31,419 bases of DNA from a virus, in the IMG/VR virus record IMGVR_UViG_3300022696_000071, positions 169,748 through 201,166 of that record, one strand, 5' to 3'. A model generated the notes under the pieces. It saw only the letters and a program-made list of their open reading frames with translations, was not told the origin of the DNA and ran no database searches. The number at the start of each line of letters is the position of its first letter. The stretch's first letter is position 1. Both the position numbers and the translations under genes were made by a program. Shown here one piece after another: positions 25,741 through 31,419 of the stretch.

Positions 25741-26381
25741 ACTTTACCTCCATCAATTATTGACTTAACTTTAAATCGGGTTTGAAGATTAATATCTTGT
25801 GTTGGTATTTCATATTTAAACTTTTTAATGTCATGCATAGCAATAGTATCATTCAAAAACTTTTTATTTAATAACTCAACTAATAGATTATAATCAGTTT
25901 TTAATGTTACTACTATTGATTTACAATCATTTATAACAAATAATGATTTATTTAAATCAGATAAAAATTTATCATTAAGTTCACGTATATGTGCTGGTGA
26001 TATACAATCCCGCATATTAAAATCAACTTGAAAATAAGTTATACCCATTAAGCCATTTTTTGGCATATAAATATTAAATTTGGTATTATTATTAAATACA
26101 GAATATAATTTATGTAATTTTTTAACAACTGACATATCAGTTATTAAGAATCGTGTTTGAATCGACTTTTCATCATTTAATACAACTTTTTTTGCATCTA
26201 TCAGTATCTTATTTTTATTTTCTTTTAAATTGTAACCTATTTCTTCCAATCTATCTTTAATACAATTCTCAATAAATACAACTAATCCATAACCATTTAC
26301 AAATGATGGAACTTTGTATAATTCACAAGCAGATCCATCATCACATTTATCATAAGAATGTATCTTATAGTAAAAATCCAT
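25734..26381 (-). CDS. hypothetical protein (215 aa)
   Basis: Intact ORF packed against 26383..26697. Confidence 0.55.
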   Translation of the reverse strand: MDFYYKIHSYDKCDDGSACELYKVPSFVNGYGLVVFIENCIKDRLEEIGYNLKENKNKILIDAKKVVLNDEKSIQTRFLITDMSVVKKLHKLYSVFNNNTKFNIYMPKNGLMGITYFQVDFNMRDCISPAHIRELNDKFLSDLNKSLFVINDCKSIVVTLKTDYNLLVELLNKKFLNDTIAMHDIKKFKYEIPTQDINLQTRFKVKSIIDGGKVW

Positions 26382-26382
26382 A

Positions 26383-26697
26383 TCATTCTCCTTTCCCGAA
26401 TAGCTTCGCTCTTTTCAATCGGTTTTCATCTACTATATTCCAATATCGATCTTTACAATTACCACTTCCTTTATTGGAACAAAACTTATGTTGATATGAT
26501 TTTTTTCTTATTTTGCGATTACATATTGGACAATTCATATAAGATCCGATATCTGCATTAGAATTCTCTTCATATTTTTGTTTAATAATTGAAATAAAAT
26601 CTCCATTATTATTATCAGCTTTAACTTTCCTACTGTAGAATAAATCTCTTACTTCCCAATAATCATCTCTCATCATTCCCAACTTACCATCACCCAT
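26383..26697 (-). CDS. zinc-ribbon protein (CPICNRK ... KFCSNKGSGNC), 104 aa
   Basis: CxxC plus Cx6C Cys arrangement. Confidence 0.55.
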   Translation of the reverse strand: MGDGKLGMMRDDYWEVRDLFYSRKVKADNNNGDFISIIKQKYEENSNADIGSYMNCPICNRKIRKKSYQHKFCSNKGSGNCKDRYWNIVDENRLKRAKLFGKGE

Positions 26698-26961
26698 GAT
26701 ATATTCTCCTTTATAAATATAATAAATTTTACAAAAAATATATAAAGTGGTATTCTTTGCACTTTATATATTTCCATTTGAGATTTGACATGATAGTCCC
26801 AAATGGTTGTCGGATGGGTTTCATCATATTTCCCTTTTCGAGCCAATGTAATAGTGGCTCTATCCGACTGCCAGATCCCGCAGGTTGCGGGGTTTATAGC
26901 GCGTATCTGTACATGGGATTTTCACCCACTCTGGCCCGCGCTTCGGTCTGGATCACGTCTC

Positions 26962-27870
26962 TTAGATCGCCGAGACGACTATCCGCGTAACCAGTTCAAG
27001 ATCCAATTCTGAATCTTTTTTCTGGTTGCTGCCGATAATCGTGCCACTTGGCGGTCCACCCCAACCACTTTCGACTTTACTGATGTCGTCAGCAGCGGGG
27101 GCAACGGAGATTCCCTTGTTACCAGCGACCGTAAACTTTCTAATCCCTTGGAAATTGGGATTAACAGCCACGACCACTTGTGCACCATTTTCATACAGTG
27201 CACCTATGGTTCCAAAGAAACCAGACTCCACCGAAGCTATAATAAGCCCCGACTTTGTCTTACCCCATGTTGCCTTTTCGACGACCTTCTGCACTTGCCG
27301 TTTATTTTCGGCGTGTGCATCGACGAATTGAACATAATGTTCATTTTCATCGACCAACAGTTTCATCGATCCAAAAGGATCAATTCCACTGCGGGAAATA
27401 TCGTCGAGAAACAATATCCCTTCTTCGACCTTTTTCGCGTTATCTTTCGGATTAACCAGAAAGATACCGGAAATTATGTCGGAGAGGAACGGGGGTTCCC
27501 CGATAGAGTATTTTCGGATCTCGTCCGGGCCGAATCTATCCATCGTATCGATGTATTTTACGATACGCTGAGTATCTTCGGTGTAGACACCGACTGGCTT
27601 ATATTTATCATAAGCCTGCCAGGTCGCCGAAACGAGACCTTCAGATCCTTCGCCATGATGATCAAAGTTCATCAGATCGACTCGACCGCTTCCACCGCAT
27701 TCGATACAAACTACGGTTGGGTCGGAAAGATCTTCAGCCTTTGCATCGCCAAAGACGAACTCAATGGCATCGGCCTTAACGTCGAAACGAAAAGCTAAAA
27801 GCCAAAGAGCACCGATAATATCAAGATCGACCTTAAACCCACAGACGATCTTGGAAATATTATCCAACAT
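26962..27870 (-). CDS. hypothetical protein encoded by an anomalously GC-rich (about 50%) gene, 302 aa; function unknown
   Basis: Perfect RBS GGAGGGAGG 6 nt before the ATG at 27870. Gly/Val/Asp/Ala-rich composition typical of a high-GC donor. ILFLDDISRSG is weakly reminiscent of a PRPP-binding loop (speculative). Overlapping long plus-strand ORFs are GC artefacts. Confidence 0.6.
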   Translation of the reverse strand: MLDNISKIVCGFKVDLDIIGALWLLAFRFDVKADAIEFVFGDAKAEDLSDPTVVCIECGGSGRVDLMNFDHHGEGSEGLVSATWQAYDKYKPVGVYTEDTQRIVKYIDTMDRFGPDEIRKYSIGEPPFLSDIISGIFLVNPKDNAKKVEEGILFLDDISRSGIDPFGSMKLLVDENEHYVQFVDAHAENKRQVQKVVEKATWGKTKSGLIIASVESGFFGTIGALYENGAQVVVAVNPNFQGIRKFTVAGNKGISVAPAADDISKVESGWGGPPSGTIIGSNQKKDSELDLELVTRIVVSAI

Positions 27871-28273
27871 AAGAATCCTCCCTCCATTGGATTTACGTGT
27901 CCAATGCTCCGTGCTTATAATATTCAGTCACCAGATTTGTCAGATCTGTTTACCCAGAATATCTTCGCTGGAGTCTCTCACGGCATATTTTCATAAACGT
28001 AATATGCAACGTTATGTTAGAATTTAATATATATAGTGATTTTAATAAAAAACACGTAATGCAAACGTGTTCCCTGGAGCATATTCCAGTATCATTTTTG
28101 TTAGATATATGGCTGACTAAACCATTACTTTTATAGTGGTATTCCACTGATTTTTTCAATGCTTTCTCACATTGCCGAGTTTTTTGCTTCTCGTATAAAG
28201 TTTTTACCAATTCTTACGCGATTGGATGGCTACACTTTATAAGTAACCATTTAGCACGTTTTCAGATTAGAAG

Positions 28274-28822
28274 TTACCCTCTAATCTTACAATATTCCAA
28301 TCCAAGAGATATAGCTTCTTGGACTAAAACTATTGTACCAACCAATATCTCCGAAGAGACATTAGATGGAAAAACTGGATCTCCGGGATGGAAAGTGTAT
28401 ACTACTTCACTTTCCATTTCCTGACCAAGAATCAGCACAGTATAATCGACAGAATATCGATGAAGATCAATATCCTCTCGATCTACAACTGCAGATACTT
28501 GGCCCGTCTCTTTACCATCATCGAGTTCGATGACGGTTAGATTCGGGAGATCATCCAACCTCACGACACCCACTTTACCCCCCAAATTATGGGTGATGAA
28601 TGCCGTACATCCGTCTGCTACAGACGGATGTTTAAATGGTTTCCATTCAGCATTAATGAGATCGTCTTCAGTGACTCTCCCATTAAATGTCGAACCGATA
28701 CCATCCGGTTGGCGAGACTTAAGCGTATTTTGAAAGTAGTCGGTCGGAAATCCTTCGACTTCTTTCGAGAGACGCTTAGTCTCATGGATAGCATTTTCGA
28801 TTCGTTTCTGAATCGTATCCAT
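28274..28822 (-). CDS. hypothetical protein encoded by a second GC-rich (about 50%) gene, 182 aa
   Basis: Intact ORF. Same compositional anomaly as 26962..27870, separated from it by an AT-rich 400-nt spacer. Confidence 0.55.
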   Translation of the reverse strand: MDTIQKRIENAIHETKRLSKEVEGFPTDYFQNTLKSRQPDGIGSTFNGRVTEDDLINAEWKPFKHPSVADGCTAFITHNLGGKVGVVRLDDLPNLTVIELDDGKETGQVSAVVDREDIDLHRYSVDYTVLILGQEMESEVVYTFHPGDPVFPSNVSSEILVGTIVLVQEAISLGLEYCKIRG

Positions 28823-28872
28823 TAATACTTAATATATATATAATATATTCATTATATATATAAAATTTTAAT

Positions 28873-28889
28873 CTATCTCGAAGAGATAG
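28873..28889 (-). terminator. terminator-like hairpin (CTATCTC-gaa-GAGATAG) with U-rich minus-strand tail, 6 nt after the stop of the lipoprotein gene
   Basis: Read directly. Confidence 0.45.
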
Positions 28890-28894
28890 TAGAT

Positions 28895-29152
28895 CTATTT
28901 TTTAAGATGCAATATATCATATGTACTTAAATATGCTTCAATAGCAGATTCTATAAGTTCAGTATTAACTTCAGCAGAACCAACAGATATTCTATTTCCA
29001 CCAGAAGTTTCTGCCTTAAGATCATATACCTCTGTAAAGATTCTCATATATGTATATTCAGATCCATCAGCCATTTTGATATGAACAGAAGTACAACCAT
29101 TTAAACCAATTAAAAAGATACAAAAAATTAAAACGATTAAATTTTTCATCAC
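28895..29152 (-). CDS. small lipoprotein (signal peptide + lipobox LNGC), 85 aa
   Basis: MMKNLIVLIFCIFLIGLNGCTS: hydrophobic signal ending in L-x-G-C. Confidence 0.55.
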   Translation of the reverse strand: MMKNLIVLIFCIFLIGLNGCTSVHIKMADGSEYTYMRIFTEVYDLKAETSGGNRISVGSAEVNTELIESAIEAYLSTYDILHLKK

Positions 29153-29309
29153 ATTTTCCTTTCTTAATATAAGTTTTTTTATTTAAACATAAAAAAATTT
29201 GTGTTGTACAAAAAGGATTAAAAAAGTTAAACAGTATGATAAAAACGATATTTCCTATTTTATAATATATAAGAAATATCGTTATAATACTACTCTCCAC
29301 AAATAAAAA

Positions 29310-29339
29310 GGGAAACCAATTATAAAAAATTGATTTCCC
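29310..29339 (-). terminator. rho-independent terminator immediately 3' of tRNA-Pro (12-bp stem with one mismatch, then UUUUUAUUUG on the minus transcript)
   Basis: GGGAAACCAATT ... AATTGATTTCCC inverted repeat read directly. Confidence 0.6.
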
Positions 29340-29350
29340 TTATGATAAAT

Positions 29351-29427
29351 TGGTCGGGGCAGAGGGATTTGAACCCCCGACAATGCGGACCCAAACCGCA
29401 CACTCTACCAGACTGAGATATACCCCG
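29351..29427 (-). tRNA. tRNA-Pro (anticodon TGG), CCA encoded
   Basis: Acceptor CGGGGTA/TGCCCCG (C1-G72, as in bacterial tRNA-Pro), anticodon stem TGCGG/CCGCA with loop TTTGGGT, T-loop TTCAAAT, discriminator A, then CCA. Confidence 0.85.
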
Positions 29428-29434
29428 AAATATA

Positions 29435-29842
29435 TTATGTTGTAATCTTCGTCTCAACATCGCCATCAGCAATATCAAAATGGATTCTCTTCTTTAATCC
29501 AACACATGATGCAATTGCTGGTAGCATTGTTTGTCTTAACGATTTTGCAATTATTCCTTTCACTCCAATTAGCCTACCAGTGTCTATCATCGTTGATGCT
29601 GATGCAGATACAACAATCAATGATGGATATTCATTTATTTGTACATCCAACTTTTTGGGATCTTTAACAAGAATATGTAATTGCGAGATTGCTCTTTCTT
29701 TGAATAATTCGAATGCTTTTTCATTACTACTTATAGATTCATTATCTTTTGATTGTTTTTCTTTTTCCACAACGCCATTATCTTTTGTATCTTTTGTCAT
29801 TTGGTATCCTTTCATTTTTGCATCAACTATAGTAAACGCCAT
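29435..29842 (-). CDS. KH-domain-like RNA-binding protein (135 aa)
   Basis: GRLIGVKGIIAKSLRQ fits the KH GxxG loop pattern (I-G-x-x-G-x-x-I). Confidence 0.5.
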   Translation of the reverse strand: MAFTIVDAKMKGYQMTKDTKDNGVVEKEKQSKDNESISSNEKAFELFKERAISQLHILVKDPKKLDVQINEYPSLIVVSASASTMIDTGRLIGVKGIIAKSLRQTMLPAIASCVGLKKRIHFDIADGDVETKITT

Positions 29843-29851
29843 TTTATTTAT

Positions 29852-30115
29852 TTATCCAAGACTCAAAGTTGCATTTGTGAAATTGATTGTTGCTCCAGGT
29901 AGTTTATTGAGTCCAACAGTATTCATCGTAACTCTTAACTTATCCATAGTGGTATCTGTAACGAACGCTTTCCGATCAACTTCAAATGCACATCCATTTT
30001 CAAAATCGATTCGAAATGTTTCTCCTCCTGGTGTAAATCCAGATACAACACCAACAACTTTTGTTCCACCATGAATTACAGTAGTTGGTCTTTTTACTTC
30101 TTTGGCTTCTGGCAT
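29852..30115 (-). CDS. hypothetical protein (87 aa)
   Basis: ORF with RBS AGGAGAGAA. Confidence 0.5.
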   Translation of the reverse strand: MPEAKEVKRPTTVIHGGTKVVGVVSGFTPGGETFRIDFENGCAFEVDRKAFVTDTTMDKLRVTMNTVGLNKLPGATINFTNATLSLG

Positions 30116-30169
30116 GATTCTCTCCTTTATTTATGTATATTCAAAGAAAAACAAAAAATAATTTAAACT

Positions 30170-30205
30170 ATAAGTATGTCCTACCTCCAATCGGACCATA
30201 CTTAT
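30170..30205 (-). terminator. terminator-like hairpin (ATAAGTATG.TCC ... GGACCATACTTAT) with long U-rich minus-strand tail
   Basis: Read directly, downstream of the stop of ORF 30379..30576. Confidence 0.45.
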
Positions 30206-30378
30206 CACATATAACATATTATTAATAAATGCAACTTAATAATGTTAATATTTAATATATATAATCATAAAATTATTTTTTTCTTTTTATATAGTTTCAT
30301 TTGATAATCTCCAACTCTACAAACACACTCATCAGACGATTCGACTTGAGTATATTTTGAGCATGGAGTTTCTTCGTA

Positions 30379-30576
30379 TCAATCATGATCATGAATTGCG
30401 CATGAATAGTTTCCAGGGGCATCACCAACTAAATGTTTACATGGACCATCGCCAATATTGGCAATTAAGTTACCTTCAATTATCCCTTTTTCTGGATCAT
30501 CAATAATAACAACAAACAATTTCTTACAGCAATATCCACATCGTAAACAAATCATATCGTAACTCCTATCTTCCAA
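30379..30576 (-). CDS. CxxCxxCC-type putative Zn/Fe-chelating domain protein (YkgJ-like), 65 aa
   Basis: CLRCGYCC ... C ... C pattern. Confidence 0.5.
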   Translation of the reverse strand: MEDRSYDMICLRCGYCCKKLFVVIIDDPEKGIIEGNLIANIGDGPCKHLVGDAPGNYSCAIHDHD

Positions 30577-30905
30577 ATAGTTTTAAGAACTCTATCCATT
30601 CTGCATAAAAATATATCATTAAAATCAATATGATGACCATATTTATCAATAATGGTATTTTTTATACGTGTGAATTCACCAGGGTTACAGTAAAATCCAT
30701 TGCCGATAGTATAATTATCTTCATTTTCTTTAAGTATATCATTTATAAAAGCAAAATATGAATCTGATGACAACCAATTATCGACATCTAATTGTTGGTG
30801 AAAACGTAACAAATGTCGATAATTGATGTAATCAAATATTTCTTCTATACTCACAGTCATAGATATATCTCTCCTATGAACAAAACATGTTGGGTATACC
30901 CCCAA
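30552..30905 (-). CDS. hypothetical protein (117 aa)
   Basis: ORF track. Confidence 0.45.
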   Translation of the reverse strand: MGVYPTCFVHRRDISMTVSIEEIFDYINYRHLLRFHQQLDVDNWLSSDSYFAFINDILKENEDNYTIGNGFYCNPGEFTRIKNTIIDKYGHHIDFNDIFLCRMDRVLKTIWKIGVTI

Positions 30906-30940
30906 CCGTTTACATGTTATAATTTAATATATATATATAT

Positions 30941-31345
30941 TCAGATTATTATACCACTGAGTCCGATATTATATATATCATGTATCGATATTATTTTTAT
31001 GATGGCATGTATATTTCCATATTTTTCATATATGATAGATCTTACATTATAAAATCTACTAAAGAATAAATAATTAGAATTTCTAAAATGGGCATCTGCA
31101 AATATATCATTATCAGAATACTCTAAATTAAATCTTTTAACTATATTCCATAATGTTATATGATAAAAAGTTAATTGTTTATAACTATCTAAACACACTG
31201 ATAATACATATCTATTATATTTTATTGAATCAGTATTTATATATCTAAATAGTGAATATGATTCATAATTAATATTCCACATTCTTTTACTATATTCATA
31301 TAATCTCATAAAATTTCTCCTCATCAATTCATTATAAAACCACAA
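30941..31345 (-). CDS. hypothetical protein, probable paralog family member (ends ...YNIGLSGIII)
   Basis: RBS GAGGAGAAA before the ATG. C-terminal motif is like INSRGIII. Confidence 0.5.
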   Translation of the reverse strand: MWFYNELMRRNFMRLYEYSKRMWNINYESYSLFRYINTDSIKYNRYVLSVCLDSYKQLTFYHITLWNIVKRFNLEYSDNDIFADAHFRNSNYLFFSRFYNVRSIIYEKYGNIHAIIKIISIHDIYNIGLSGIII

Positions 31346-31419
31346 TTATCAAGCTTCATTAAATCTTCAACAAATATAGTCTTTATTGTAAATGGTATAT
31401 TTTTCGCTTCCATCAGGTG
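31324..31419 (-). CDS. C-terminal fragment of an upstream minus-strand gene (...MEAKNIPFTIKTIFVEDLMKLDNCGFIMN*), partial at window end
   Basis: Open minus-strand frame from the window edge to TGA at 31324-31326, overlapping the next start (ATGA). Confidence 0.35.
   Translation of the reverse strand, partial: HLMEAKNIPFTIKTIFVEDLMKLDNCGFIMN

Noticed and set aside
26979-28027. Long ORFs on both strands inside the GC-rich island (e.g. 27148..27798 +, 27026..27331 +, 27764..28027 +, 26979..27203 -)
   Set aside because: High GC removes stop codons in all frames. Only the 302-aa minus-strand frame has a strong RBS (GGAGGGAGG) and runs the full length, consistent with the genome-wide minus-strand gene orientation.
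1-31419. CRISPR arrays, integrase/transposase/IS elements, rRNA
   Set aside because: No short direct-repeat/spacer array, no recombinase-like ORF and no rRNA-like sequence found. The only rRNA-like string is a 14-nt anti-SD-like match at 18423-18440.

Overview
This window looks like an AT-rich (roughly 27-30% GC) stretch of a T4-like (Tevenvirinae-style) phage genome. Every convincing gene lies on the minus strand. Reading right to left there is a tRNA/small-gene region with seven tRNAs (Pro, Thr, Gln, Tyr, Leu, Met, Ser), an ORF-free, GC-elevated, hairpin-dense 1.5 kb segment, and many small Zn-ribbon or membrane proteins. Next come both type II topoisomerase subunit genes (T4 gp39+60-like fused large subunit and gp52-like medium subunit), separated by a topoisomerase-type Zn-ribbon ORF and two paralogous unknown genes. 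Then follows a block with a QueD (7-deazaguanine pathway) domain fusion, an SF2 DEAH helicase, three more members of the same paralog family, an HD-domain hydrolase, and finally Mre11/SbcD (gp47-like) and Rad50/SbcC (gp46-like, truncated by the window edge). Things worth a second look: (1) a lineage-specific paralogous family of at least 11 small ORFs sharing a central Y-T-F-I-L-x-N-G motif and a C-terminal ...N-S-[KR]-G-[LIF]-I-L end; (2) a Whirly-like ssDNA-binding protein carrying a bacterial-SSB-like Gly/Gln tail and an acidic-aromatic tip; (3) two adjacent about 50% GC genes embedded in about 27% GC DNA, presumably recently acquired; (4) the structured ncRNA-like region inside the tRNA operon, with twin roughly 85-nt hairpins; (5) a QueD fusion that hints at 7-deazaguanine DNA modification. 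I saw no CRISPR array or integrase/transposase. All calls rest on motif recognition by eye, with no database searches.
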